From Alkalilimnicola ehrlichii MLHE-1 (GTDB taxonomy: Bacteria; Pseudomonadota; Gammaproteobacteria; Nitrococcales; Halorhodospiraceae): a stretch of DNA of 32,000 nucleotides. Positions 20,180-31,296 of the stretch are shown here, piece by piece. The notes beneath the pieces were generated by a model that saw nothing but the letters and a program-made list of their open reading frames with translations, made no database searches and was not told the origin of the DNA. The translations under genes and the position numbers were made by a program. Position 1 is the first letter of the stretch, and the number at the start of each line of letters is the position of its first letter. The DNA lies in assembly GCF_000014785.1 (NCBI RefSeq), contig NC_008340.1:2490001-2522000 (forward strand), in the 5' to 3' direction.

Positions 20180-21028
20180 TTAACCCTCCACGCCCTTCTC
20201 CCGCAGCGCCAGTTGGTAGAGCCGGTTGCGCGGGGCCCCGGTGATCTGAGCCGCCACCCGCGCCGCCCGCTTGACAGGGAGTTCGGCGAGCAGCGGCCGG
20301 AGGGTGTGCAACAGCGTCTCATCATCGCTGGCCGTCGCCGGTGCCCCGGCCAACAGCAGCACGAATTCGCCCCGACGCTGATCGGGGTCCGCCTCCAGCC
20401 GCTGAACCAGCGCGCCCACCGGCCCCCGCAGCACGGTCTCCCAGGTCTTGGTGAGCTCCCGAGCCACCACCGCGGGGCGCTCGGGCCCGAACACCTCGGC
20501 CACTGTTCGCAGGCTGTCCAGTATCCTGTGGCTCGACTCCAGCAGCACCAGGGTGCGCGGCTCCGCGGCCAGCGCGGCGAGGGCCTTGCGGCGCGGGCCG
20601 GGGCGCGCAGGCAGAAAACCCTCGAAGCAGAAGCGGTCGGTGGGCAGGCCCGCCACCGAGAGCGCAGCCATGACCGCACTGGGCCCGGGCACCGGGCTGG
20701 TCCGCACGCCGGCCCAGGCACAGGCGCTGACCAGCCGGTAGCCCGGGTCGCTGACCAGCGGGGTCCCGGCATCGGAGATCAGCGCGATGTCCTCGCCGGC
20801 CTGCAGACGCGCCAACAGCCGGGGGACCTGGCGATCCTCATTGTGCTCGTGCAGGCTCACCAGCCGGGCACTGATGCCATAATGGCTGAGGAGCTGGCCG
20901 GAGCGGCGGGTGTCCTCGGCGGCCACCACCGCCACCCCGGCCAGCACCCGACGGGCCCGCTCGCTGATGTCGCCCCGGTTGCCGATGGGTGTGGCCACCA
21001 CGTAAAGGGTGCCCTGGAGGTTTGACAC
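20180..21028 (-). CDS. rsmI: 16S rRNA (cytidine(1402)-2'-O)-methyltransferase (GTG start)
   Basis: LYVVATPIGNRGDISERARRVLAGVAVVAAEDTRRSGQLLSHYGI; SDAGTPLVSDPGYRLV; PGPSAVMAALSVAGLPTDRFCFEGFLP. Confidence 0.97.
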   Translation of the reverse strand: MSNLQGTLYVVATPIGNRGDISERARRVLAGVAVVAAEDTRRSGQLLSHYGISARLVSLHEHNEDRQVPRLLARLQAGEDIALISDAGTPLVSDPGYRLVSACAWAGVRTSPVPGPSAVMAALSVAGLPTDRFCFEGFLPARPGPRRKALAALAAEPRTLVLLESSHRILDSLRTVAEVFGPERPAVVARELTKTWETVLRGPVGALVQRLEADPDQRRGEFVLLLAGAPATASDDETLLHTLRPLLAELPVKRAARVAAQITGAPRNRLYQLALREKGVEG

Positions 21029-21147
21029 GGCAAGCTCCCAGTAATGATACTTTTCGGTTCAGGATGAGCGTTGTACCAGCTCCGCCCCCAAAGGACCATG
21101 CCCGCACCGGGCACCACCCCCTCAACCCGCGGCGCCGCCAGCCAGAG

Positions 21148-23043
21148 ATGATCACCATGCGCTACCGCCTGTTACCCCTGCTCTTGCTGACCGCCCTGCT
21201 CTATGCCTGCGCGCCGCCGGAGCCGCCGGCCCCGGAGCCCGACATCCCGCCCACGGAACGGGCGCAGGCCCTGGCCGAACAGGGCGAACTGGCCGCCCGG
21301 CGGGGCGCGGCCGAGGCGGCCGTGGCACAGCTCCAGCGCGCCCTAGAACTGGCGCCGAACCACGACCGGGCGGACGACTGGAGGATCCGGCTGGCGGAGA
21401 TAGCGGCGGACCGCAGCCAGACCCGGGAGGCGGACGAGCTCCGGGAGACGCTGGCAGAGCGACCGCTGGACGTTGACCAACGGGAGCGCCTGGCCCTGCT
21501 CGAGGCCAGCCTGCTGCTGGCCGGCGGGCATACCCTCCAGGCTTGGCGCATCATCCAGCCCATGGCGCCCCCACCAGAGGCCTTCGCCGAGCGCTACTAT
21601 CAGGTCCGCGCCCAGGCCCTGGAGCGACTGGACCTGCCGCTGGACGCGGTCCGCGCACGGGTAGAGCGCAGCGACCGGCTCGATGACGAACAGGCACTGA
21701 CCCACAACCATGAACAGATCTGGGCCCTCCTCGACAACGCCCCGCTGAACAGCCTGCGCGACCGCCGGCCGGTCTCCGCCGACCGATTCGGTGGCTGGGT
21801 GGAGCTCGCCTGGCTCGTCCGTAATTACCGGCTCGAGCCCCGCCAGCTGGATGACGCCCTCGCCCGCTGGGAACGGCGCTTTCCGTCCCACCCCGGTGGG
21901 CCCTATGTGACCGACCGCATCGTCGGCGAATACCGTGAGAAGATGATCGACCCCACCGAGATCGCCGTCCTGCTGCCGCTCACCGGCCCCCTGGCGGACG
22001 CCGGGCGCGCCATACGCGACGGCATCATGGCCGCCCATCTGGCGGCGGAGGGTGACGGCCCCGACCTGCGCATCCTGGACAGCGCCGGTCGCGACATCGT
22101 GGCGCTCTACCGGCGGGCGGTATCGGACGGCGCGGAACTGGTCATCGGCCCGCTGGAGAAAGGCCAGGTGGATGCCCTGGCGGGTGCGGAGGAACTGCCG
22201 GTGCCGGTGCTGGCGCTAAACACCCTGTCAGGCGGCGTGGAGGGCCGGGCCGGGCTCTACCAGTTCGGGCTCGCCCCGGAGGATGACGCCGCGGAAGCGG
22301 CGCGTCAGGCGCGCCGGACCGGCTGGCAACGGGCCCTGGTGCTGGTGCCCGACAGCGACTGGGGCCGACGCCTGGCTGAGGCCTTCAGCCAGACCTTCGA
22401 GGCAGCCGGCGGCGAGGTGCTCGAGGCGCAACGCTTCGCCACCGACCAGGCGGACCACGCCGGCCCGCTGCGGGCACTGCTCAATCTCGACATCGGCGAC
22501 CGGCGCGCCCGGCAGGTGCGCGCCACCCTGCAGCGCAGCGTCGAGCATGTGGATCGGCGACGCCAGGACGCCGACTTTCTGTTCCTGGGGGCCACCACCG
22601 GGCAGGCCCGTCTGCTGGTGACGCAACTGCACTACCACCAGGGCGTCGGGTTGCCGGTACTGGCCACCTCGCACATCCACAGCACCGGGGACGACCCGGA
22701 GTTGTGGGCGGACCTGGATGGGGTGCTCTTCATGGAGACACCCTGGATGCTGGACGCTGGCGTCCGCACCGACGACGGCCTGGACCGCGCCACCCTGGAG
22801 GCATTGTGGCCAGAGCCGATTGCCAGCCACGGCCGGCTGTTCGCCCTCGGCGTGGATGCCTACCGCCTCGTCCCCTACGTGGAACTGCTGCAGGCTAGGG
22901 GCGGCGAGCGTATCGACGGCTTCAGCGGCCGCCTGAGTATGGACGAGCGAGGGCGGATTCAGCGCGGCCTGCTGCCGGCCCGTTACACCCATGAGGGCCC
23001 GGAGCTGCTGCAGGAGGAGAACGGCGAGGACCTGGGCCTGTGA
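21148..23043 (+). CDS. lpoA: LppC/LpoA-family outer-membrane lipoprotein, predicted activator of a bifunctional penicillin-binding protein
   Basis: Signal peptide with lipobox-like LLLLTALLYAC; TPR-like N-terminal region; C-terminal periplasmic-binding-like region (IAVLLPLTGPLADAGRAIRDGIMAAHLAA...PVLALNTLSGGVEGRAGLYQFGLAPEDDAAEAARQARRTGWQRALVLVPDSDWGRRLAEAF). Gene order rsmI-lpoA-yraN. The start may be 21157 instead. Confidence 0.9.
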   Translation: MITMRYRLLPLLLLTALLYACAPPEPPAPEPDIPPTERAQALAEQGELAARRGAAEAAVAQLQRALELAPNHDRADDWRIRLAEIAADRSQTREADELRETLAERPLDVDQRERLALLEASLLLAGGHTLQAWRIIQPMAPPPEAFAERYYQVRAQALERLDLPLDAVRARVERSDRLDDEQALTHNHEQIWALLDNAPLNSLRDRRPVSADRFGGWVELAWLVRNYRLEPRQLDDALARWERRFPSHPGGPYVTDRIVGEYREKMIDPTEIAVLLPLTGPLADAGRAIRDGIMAAHLAAEGDGPDLRILDSAGRDIVALYRRAVSDGAELVIGPLEKGQVDALAGAEELPVPVLALNTLSGGVEGRAGLYQFGLAPEDDAAEAARQARRTGWQRALVLVPDSDWGRRLAEAFSQTFEAAGGEVLEAQRFATDQADHAGPLRALLNLDIGDRRARQVRATLQRSVEHVDRRRQDADFLFLGATTGQARLLVTQLHYHQGVGLPVLATSHIHSTGDDPELWADLDGVLFMETPWMLDAGVRTDDGLDRATLEALWPEPIASHGRLFALGVDAYRLVPYVELLQARGGERIDGFSGRLSMDERGRIQRGLLPARYTHEGPELLQEENGEDLGL

Positions 23044-23420
23044 ACCGCCGCCGGCCATCCGCCCCCGCCCCTCACCTGGAGACCGGCAACCGGGGCGAGC
23101 GCCGGGCCCTGGAACACCTCACCGGACAGGGGCTGGAACTGCTGGAATGCAACTTCCGCTGCCGGGCCGGCGAGATCGACCTCATCATGCGGGACGGCGA
23201 GGTGGTCGTGTTCGTGGAGGTGCGGGTGCGGACCCATCCGGGTTACGGTGGCGCACTGGCCTCCATCACCCCGGCGAAGCAACGCCGGCTGGCCCGCGCC
23301 GCCGCCCGCTGGCTGCAGCGCCACCGGCTCACCCAACGGGCCGTCTGCCGCTTTGACGTGGTGACCTTCGACGGGGAGCGGCCCCAGTGGCTGCGCCACG
23401 CCTTCACCGCCCCGGGCTAG
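23040..23420 (+). CDS. yraN: UPF0102 / YraN-family putative endonuclease-like protein (GTG start)
   Basis: GNRGERRALEHLTGQGLELLECNFRCRAGEIDLIMRDGEVVVFVEVRVRTHPGYGGALASITPAKQRRL. The GEIDLI...VFVEVR core is typical of YraN. Overlaps the lpoA stop by 4 bp. Confidence 0.95.
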   Translation: MNRRRPSAPAPHLETGNRGERRALEHLTGQGLELLECNFRCRAGEIDLIMRDGEVVVFVEVRVRTHPGYGGALASITPAKQRRLARAAARWLQRHRLTQRAVCRFDVVTFDGERPQWLRHAFTAPG

Positions 23421-24089
<669 letters not shown>

Positions 24090-24094
24090 ACAGC

Positions 24095-24111
24095 GCCCCG
24101 GAACCCGGGGC
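24095..24111. terminator. Short GC-rich hairpin between convergent diaA-like and sspB genes
   Basis: GCCCCGG-AAC-CCGGGGC, a 7-bp stem in the 36-bp gap between the convergent stops. No clear T-tract on either strand. Confidence 0.4.
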
Positions 24112-24125
24112 CGGGGGCCGCCGGC

Positions 24126-24539
24126 CTATTTGACCACCCGCAGGTTGGGGCGGCTGCCGCCGCCATCCGGACCGCCGTTGGGCCCGTCGTCGTCCGGCCC
24201 ACCGCTTGAGGGCCCGTCACCCCCCTCCTCGTCGGCCTCCCCGAAGAGCATCCCCTGGCCGTTCTCCCGGGCATAAATGGCCATCACCGCCATCACCGGC
24301 ACCCGCACATCCTGGGGCACCCCGCCAAAGCGGGCGGAAAACTCCACGGCCTCGTTGCCCATAGCCAGGTTATGCACGGCCCTCGGCGCCACGTTGAGCA
24401 CCAGCTTGCCGGCGTCCACATACTCCATGGGCGCCACCAGCCCCTCGTGCTCGGCGTTGACCAGCAGGTAGGGGGTAAGGCCGTTATCGACAATCCACTC
24501 GTACAGCGCGCGGATCAGATACGGTCTACTCGATGTCAT
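24126..24539 (-). CDS. sspB: ClpXP protease specificity-enhancing factor SspB
   Basis: SSRPYLIRALYEWIVDNGLTPYLLVNAEHEGLVAPMEYVDAGKLVLNVAPRAVHNLAMGNEAVEFSARFGG; flexible Gly/Asp-rich linker; terminal RPNLRVVK, the ClpX-binding tail. Start at 24539 (MTSSRPYL). Confidence 0.96.
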   Translation of the reverse strand: MTSSRPYLIRALYEWIVDNGLTPYLLVNAEHEGLVAPMEYVDAGKLVLNVAPRAVHNLAMGNEAVEFSARFGGVPQDVRVPVMAVMAIYARENGQGMLFGEADEEGGDGPSSGGPDDDGPNGGPDGGGSRPNLRVVK

Positions 24540-24564
24540 CAATACTCCAGGGCCGCCGCGGACC

Positions 24565-25194
24565 TCAGTCGCGCAGGGTCTTCTCGATATCTGACAGGGA
24601 TTTCCTGAACGATGGCCGCGCAAACATGCGCTCCATGTAGGCGTGCAGGTGTTCCGCCCGTCCGGGCAGCTCCACGCCCAGTGCCGGCAGCCGCCAGAGC
24701 ACCGGCAACACGGCACAGTCCATCACACTCAGCTCCTCGCTGAGCAGGAAAGGATAGCCCCTGAATAACGGGTCACTGGCCAGCAACCCCTCCGCCAGCT
24801 CCTTGCGCACCGCCGCCAGGCCGCGCCCCTTGCCCTCAGCCAATTGCGCCGCCAGCGGGTACCAGTCGGTCTCCACCCGGGACACCACCAGACGCGCCTT
24901 GGCCCGGGAGACGGGATCCACCGGCATCAAGGGCGGGTGGGGGTAGCGCTCGTCCAGGTACTCGACGATCACCCGCGGGTCGTAGAGCGAGAGCTCGCGG
25001 TCCACCAGGGTGGGTGTGGTGCAGTAGGGGTTGAGCTCCTGCAGGTCCTCGGGCGGATCCAGCGGATCAACCGAGACCAGATGGGCGTCGATACCCTTCT
25101 CGGCCAGAACGAAACGGACCCGATGGCTGTCCAGCGCATCGGGATCGGAATAGAGTGTGATTACCGAACGTCGGTTCACTGCCCCCATGGGCAA
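24565..25194 (-). CDS. sspA: Stringent starvation protein A (GST-fold)
   Basis: RSVITLYSDPDALDSHRVRFVLAEKGIDAHLVSVDPLDPPEDLQELNPYCTTPTLVDRELSLYDPRVIVEYLDERYPHPPLMPVDPVSRAKARL. Adjacent to sspB. Confidence 0.96.
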   Translation of the reverse strand: MPMGAVNRRSVITLYSDPDALDSHRVRFVLAEKGIDAHLVSVDPLDPPEDLQELNPYCTTPTLVDRELSLYDPRVIVEYLDERYPHPPLMPVDPVSRAKARLVVSRVETDWYPLAAQLAEGKGRGLAAVRKELAEGLLASDPLFRGYPFLLSEELSVMDCAVLPVLWRLPALGVELPGRAEHLHAYMERMFARPSFRKSLSDIEKTLRD

Positions 25195-25219
25195 GACCCC
25201 TCGACCAGAAACGGAACCG

Positions 25220-25250
25220 CCCGGCCGCCGCCCAGAGGGCCGCGGCCGGG
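25220..25250 (-). terminator. GC-rich hairpin between petC and sspA
   Basis: CCCGGCCGC-x-GCCC-loop-GGGC-x-GCGGCCGGG, 13 bp with one mismatch and a 3-nt loop, just downstream of the petC stop. No strong U-tract. Confidence 0.45.
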
Positions 25251-25266
25251 CCGGTGATCGACGCCC

Positions 25267-26001
25267 TTAATGGACGTCCTTCCAGTACTCGCGCTTCAGC
25301 GCATAGAACAACACCGTCAGCAGCAGCAGGAACAGAATGACCTTGAAACCCAGCTGCATGCGATAGGCCTTGATGGGCTCCGCGGCATAGGCCAGGAAGT
25401 TCGCGATATCCGCGGTGGCCTGCCGGTACTCCTCCGGCGACATTACCCCCTGGCGGTGCTCAGGCACCTCCAGATCGACGATGTTGCCGTCATCGTCCCG
25501 CACCGCCTCCGGCATGCCCTGCAGGCTCGACAGCACGTGCGGCATCGACGAACCGCCCAACATCAGGTTGTCGATCCCCACCGCGGACATGTCGTCGCGA
25601 TAGAAGGTGTTGAGGAAGGCGTAGATCCAGTCCGCGCCCAGGGACCGGCCGGTCAGGGACAGGTCCGGCGGCTCGATACCGAACCAGGCCTCGCCGTCCT
25701 CCGGGTCCATGGCCGAGATCATCGGGTCGTGGATTTCGGCGTCACCGAAGATCATGTTCTCGATGACATCCTCCTCCTCCATGCCCAGATCGGCGGCCAT
25801 CCGGTTCCAACGCAGCAGTTCCACCGAGTGGCAGCCCATGCAGTAGTTGACGAACAACCCCGCACCCCGCCGGATGGAATCGGTGTCGTAGGGGTCGGCA
25901 CTGAACTCCAGGCCCAGCGGCAGGTCGCCCTTGGGGGCCGCGCTGCTGGCCCCCAGGGGGGCCAGCGCCAGGATTGCGATAAGCAGGAATCTCTTCATCA
26001 T
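25267..26001 (-). CDS. petC: Ubiquinol-cytochrome c reductase, cytochrome c1 subunit
   Basis: Signal peptide; CxxCH heme site in GLFVNYCMGCHSVELLRWNRMAADLG; MGGSSMPHVLSSLQG-like LMLGGSSMPHVL; C-terminal transmembrane anchor LGFKVILFLLLLTVLFYALKREYWKDVH. Confidence 0.96.
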   Translation of the reverse strand: MMKRFLLIAILALAPLGASSAAPKGDLPLGLEFSADPYDTDSIRRGAGLFVNYCMGCHSVELLRWNRMAADLGMEEEDVIENMIFGDAEIHDPMISAMDPEDGEAWFGIEPPDLSLTGRSLGADWIYAFLNTFYRDDMSAVGIDNLMLGGSSMPHVLSSLQGMPEAVRDDDGNIVDLEVPEHRQGVMSPEEYRQATADIANFLAYAAEPIKAYRMQLGFKVILFLLLLTVLFYALKREYWKDVH

Positions 26002-27242
26002 CAGGACGTCACCCTTTCCGGAACCGGCTTGGTCTTCTCCAGATCAAACGCGGTGTAGACCCAGAGGAAGACGAAGTAACCGAAGTACACCAGCGCGCAG
26101 ATGCGGCCGATAATCGTGGTCATCGGCGTGACCGGCTGCGTGCCCACATAACCCAGGATGATGAAGGCGGCCGCGAAGGCGAACAGGGCGATCTTGAAGC
26201 CCAGCCCACGGTAGCGGATGGAGCGCACCCGGCCACGGTCGATCCAGGGCAGTAGGAACAGCACGGCGATGGCCGCACCCATGGCCACCACGCCCAGCAG
26301 CTTGTCCGGCACCGACATCAGGATCGCGTAGTGGGGCGCGAAGTACCAGACCGGCGGGATGTGACTCGGCGTCGTCAGCGGATCCGCGGGGATGAAGTTG
26401 TCGTACTTGATGAAGTACCCGCCCACCTCCGGGATGAAGAACACCACCACGGAGAAGACGATCAGGAAGACCCCTACACCGAAAAGGTCCTTGACGGTGT
26501 AGTAGGGATGGAACGGGATGCCGTCCAGCGGCTTGCCGTTCTCGTCCTTGTGCTTCTTGATCTCGATCCCGTCGGGGTTATTGGAGCCGACCTCGTGCAG
26601 CGCCAGGATGTGCGCCACCACCAGGGCGATCAGCACCAGCGGCAGGGCGACGACGTGCAGGGCGAAGAACCGGCCCAGGGTGGCCTCGGAGATGAGGAAG
26701 TCACCCATGATCCAGACCACCAGCGGCTCGCCGATGAAGGGAATCGCCCCGAACAGCGAGATGATGACCTGCGCCCCCCAGTAGGACATTTGGCCCCAGG
26801 GCAGCACGTAGCCCATGAAGGCCTCGGCCATGAGGACCAGAAGAAGAAGGCAGCCGAAGATCCAGATGAGCTCCCGGGGCTTCTGGTAGGAGCCGTACAT
26901 CATGCCTCGGAACATGTGCAGATAGACCACCAGGAAGAACATCGAGGCGCCGGTGGAGTGGATATAGCGGATCAGCCACCCCCATTCCACGTCACGCATG
27001 ATGAATTCGACCGAGGTGAAGGCCTCTGCCCCCGTCGGCTTGAAGTTGAAGGTCAGCCAGATCCCGGAGATGATCTGGATGACCAGCACCATCAGGGCCA
27101 GCGAACCAAAGTAGTACCACCAGTTGAAGTTCTTCGGAGCATAGTATTCGCTCAGGTGCTCCCGCCACATCTTCGTGAGCGGAAAGCGGGCATCAACCCA
27201 CCCCAAGAGCCCACCCTGAGCTTTTTCTGTGTTGTAGCTCAT
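26001..27242 (-). CDS. petB: Ubiquinol-cytochrome c reductase, cytochrome b subunit
   Basis: FNWWYYFGSLALMVLVIQIISGIWLTFNFKP; RYIHSTGASMFFLVVYLHMFRGMMYGSY; GYVLPWGQMSYWGAQVIISLFGAIPFIGE; PEWY-equivalent PPVWYFAPHYAILMSVP. Confidence 0.98.
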   Translation of the reverse strand: MSYNTEKAQGGLLGWVDARFPLTKMWREHLSEYYAPKNFNWWYYFGSLALMVLVIQIISGIWLTFNFKPTGAEAFTSVEFIMRDVEWGWLIRYIHSTGASMFFLVVYLHMFRGMMYGSYQKPRELIWIFGCLLLLVLMAEAFMGYVLPWGQMSYWGAQVIISLFGAIPFIGEPLVVWIMGDFLISEATLGRFFALHVVALPLVLIALVVAHILALHEVGSNNPDGIEIKKHKDENGKPLDGIPFHPYYTVKDLFGVGVFLIVFSVVVFFIPEVGGYFIKYDNFIPADPLTTPSHIPPVWYFAPHYAILMSVPDKLLGVVAMGAAIAVLFLLPWIDRGRVRSIRYRGLGFKIALFAFAAAFIILGYVGTQPVTPMTTIIGRICALVYFGYFVFLWVYTAFDLEKTKPVPERVTS

Positions 27243-27841
27243 CAGGCCATGCCCTCCTCGTCCTCGCCGATGAGGATGGTATTTTGCTCAGTAAACTTGT
27301 ACCGCGGGACCACCAGGTTGGTCGGCGCGGGAACCCCTTGGAAGACCCGCCCGGCGATATCGAAGCGGGAGGCGTGGCAGCCGCAGAAGAACCCGCCGCG
27401 CCAGTCCGGATCGAAGGGTTGGGCCTGGAGCTCCGGATAGTAGCCCGGGGAGCAGCCCAGGTGGGTGCAGACACCGACGACCACCAGGAACTCGGGGTCG
27501 CGGGAGCGGTGCTCGTTGCGCGCATACTCCGGCTGCTGCTCCTCGACTTCGGAGTCGGGATCGCGAAGCCGGCCGCGCACATTCTGCAGCTCGGCCAACT
27601 GCTCTTCGGTGCGCCGGACCACGAAGACCGGCTGCCCGCGCCATTCGACGTTGAGCAGCTGACCTTCGCCCAGCTTGCTATGATCCACCTCGACCGGTGC
27701 ACCGGCGGCCAGCGCCCGCGCACTGGGCTGCCAATATTTAATGAAGGGGGTCACGGTAAACGCCAGACCGACGCCACCCACAACCGTGGCAGCACCCGTG
27801 AGGATGCGGCGCCTGCCCTTGTCCACGCCATCCTGTTTCAT
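27242..27841 (-). CDS. petA: Ubiquinol-cytochrome c reductase, Rieske iron-sulfur subunit
   Basis: Tat-like/transmembrane N-terminus (KGRRRILTGAATVVGGVGLAFTVTPFI); cluster-binding CTHLGCSPGY...GGFFCGCHASRFDIAGRVFQGVPAPTNL. Confidence 0.97.
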   Translation of the reverse strand: MKQDGVDKGRRRILTGAATVVGGVGLAFTVTPFIKYWQPSARALAAGAPVEVDHSKLGEGQLLNVEWRGQPVFVVRRTEEQLAELQNVRGRLRDPDSEVEEQQPEYARNEHRSRDPEFLVVVGVCTHLGCSPGYYPELQAQPFDPDWRGGFFCGCHASRFDIAGRVFQGVPAPTNLVVPRYKFTEQNTILIGEDEEGMA

Positions 27842-27970
27842 GGAAGACCTCTGAAACTGTCAGATCGTTAGGAACCCGCTAGGGTCATCCCGGTGTTGGC
27901 CCCGGGGCCATTGTGCTTTCTTGGAGTAAACCCTGAGAAGGGCGCCCAAAACTTCGGCGCCTAAGCATCC

Positions 27971-27997
27971 AATATACGCCCAAGAAGGTCAAGGCAA
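27971..27997 (-). promoter_or_regulatory. Weak candidate promoter for the petABC genes
   Basis: Minus strand TTGCCT (27997-27992), 15-bp spacer, TATATT (27976-27971). The spacing is suboptimal; it is the only TATATT-like element I noticed in the 274-bp gap. Confidence 0.25.
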
Positions 27998-28115
27998 CGC
28001 CCAGGGCCCAGCGTCGTGACCCGGCGAAGTTCGGCCCTGATATGAGCGGGATGACCGCATGATTGGCCGGGATTCCTGCGACAATTTGACGCAAATGAAT
28101 GTATGGCAGTTACGC

Positions 28116-28874
28116 TCAGGCCGGGTTGTCCACCTCCACGTAGGTATGGGCCACGCCCAGATGCTCCGCCAGGGCCGCTCCCAGGGCCTGCACGCCGTAG
28201 CGCTCCGTGGCGTGGTGCCCCGCGCAAAGATAGTGCACCCCCAGCTCCCGTGCCGCGTGGGTGGTCCGCTCGGAGATCTCCCCGCTGATGTAGGTATCCG
28301 CTCCCAATGCCGCCGCCTGGTGGATGAAGTCCTGGCCACCGCCGGTGCACCAGATCACCCGCTGCACCGGATGATCGCCGCCGGCCACCACCAGGGGCTC
28401 CCGCTCCAGGCCCCGCGCCACCCGCACCGCGAAGTCCGGCAGCCGCTCGGGGACGGCCAGCGCGCTCTCCCGGCCCAGCCCCTCCAGCCCGGCCAGGGTC
28501 ACCGGCCGCGAGGGGGGCAGGCACAGCACCTGGCCCAGCCGTACGTTGTTCCCGAACTCGGGGTGGACATCCAATGGTAAATGGTAGGCCAGCAGGCTGA
28601 CATCCGCACGCAAAAGGGTGGCGATACGCCGCCCCTTCATACCCACGATGGGGGCGGGCTCGCCTTTCCAGAAGTAGCCGTGGTGGACCAGCAGCGCGTC
28701 GGCGCCGGCGGCCAGCGCCCGCTCGAGAAACCGCTGACTGGCCGTCACCCCGGTGACCAAGTGGGTGACCTCCGCTCGCCCCTCCACCTGCAGCCCATTG
28801 GGGGCGTAATCGGTGAGCGCGGCCGGCTGCAACCAGGCGTCGAGCTGACGGATCAGGGTGCTGAGCATTGCCAT
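28116..28874 (-). CDS. Nif3-like dinuclear metal center hexameric protein (YbgI family)
   Basis: LDAWLQPAALTDYAPNGLQVEGRAEVTHLVTGVTASQRFLERALAAGADALLVHHGYFWKGEP; GGGQDFIHQAAALGADTYISGEISERTTHAARELGVHYLCAGHHATERYGVQALGAALAEHLG. Start at 28874 or 28868. Confidence 0.96.
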   Translation of the reverse strand: MAMLSTLIRQLDAWLQPAALTDYAPNGLQVEGRAEVTHLVTGVTASQRFLERALAAGADALLVHHGYFWKGEPAPIVGMKGRRIATLLRADVSLLAYHLPLDVHPEFGNNVRLGQVLCLPPSRPVTLAGLEGLGRESALAVPERLPDFAVRVARGLEREPLVVAGGDHPVQRVIWCTGGGQDFIHQAAALGADTYISGEISERTTHAARELGVHYLCAGHHATERYGVQALGAALAEHLGVAHTYVEVDNPA

Positions 28875-28980
28875 GGACGACGGGGCTCCTGCACTGGGTT
28901 TGCGCATACCTTACAATGTCTCCCCCGGGGCCGCCCACCCCGGGCCCCGATAACAGCGTCAGAGGTCTGGAGACCGCCGG

Positions 28981-30198
<1,218 letters not shown>

Positions 30199-30207
<9 letters not shown>

Positions 30208-31296
30208 CAGCACCTGGCCCAGCGCCGCCAGGAAGCGGGCGTTTTCCTCCGGCCGGCCCACCGTCACCCGCAGGCAGTCGGCGAGCTGCGGGTGACTACC
30301 GTCCAGGTTCTTGATCAGCACGCCGTGCTCCCGCAGCCCGCTGTGCACCCGGCCGGCGGCCCCGGCCGGGCCCCGGAAGGTGAGGAAGTTGGCCTCGCTG
30401 GGCCAGACCCGTTCCACCCCGGGAATGGCCGCCAGCCCTTCGGCCAAACGCCCGCGCTCGGCCACGATGGCGGCCACGCTGCGCTCGAGTTGCTCGCGGT
30501 GATCCAGCGCAAAGTTGGCACTGGCCTGGGTAAGGGCACTGATGTTGTAGGGCAGGCGCAGTTTCTCCAGTTCCTCAAGCCAGTCCGGGTGGCCGGCCAC
30601 CAGGCCCAGGCGCAGGCCGGCCAGCCCCACCTTGGAGACGGTGCGCATCACCAGCAGGTTGGGATAGGCCAGCACATCGGGCAGGAAGCTGTCGTTGGCG
30701 AAGGCGTAGTAGGCCTCGTCCACCACCACCAGGCCTGGGGCCTCGTGGATCACGCGGGCCAGGGCGTCGCGATTAAAGGCATTGCCGGTGGGGTTGTTGG
30801 GATAGGCAATATAGACCACCGCCGGCTGCACCTCCCGCAGCGCCGCCCGCATGGCCGTCTCGTCCAGCTCAAAGTCCTCGGCCAGCGGCACCTCGCGGTA
30901 GCCCAGGCCGCTGTTGACCGCGATGATGCGGTACATGGCGAAACCCGGCCCCGGGGTGAGCACGACCCGGCCGGGCCCCGCCACCAGGAGGTTGATGAGC
31001 AGGATCAACTCATCCGAGCCGTTGCCGAGCATGAGCGCGGCCCCCTCCGGGATGCCCATGGCCGCGCGCAGCCGGGCCTTCAGTTCGCCGGCCCCGGCGT
31101 CGGGATAGCGGTTGAGCGGCACCTCCGACAGCGCTGCCTGCCAGGCCTCGACCAGTTCCCCGGGCCAGGGCCAGGGGTTCTCCATGGCGTCCAGCTTGAT
31201 CACGTCCGCCGGTGGCGGCACGTGGTAGGCGCTCAGCGCCCGCACCTCCGGGCGCACCCAAGCGTCGATCAGGGCGCTGCGTGAGGAACGGCTCAC
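30199..31296 (-). CDS. hisC: Histidinol-phosphate aminotransferase
   Basis: [14 protein letters not shown]; [18 protein letters not shown]; [14 protein letters not shown]; [41 protein letters not shown]. Adjacent to hisD. Confidence 0.97.

Noticed and set aside
22228-23058. 276-aa minus-strand ORF opposite lpoA
   Set aside because: Antisense artefact; the plus-strand LpoA reading has signal peptide, lipobox and family-like sequence.
27961-28938. 325-aa minus-strand ORF in the same strand as the Nif3-family gene
   Set aside because: Out-of-frame reading of the Nif3/YbgI-family CDS (28116..28874), which has clear family motifs in its own frame.
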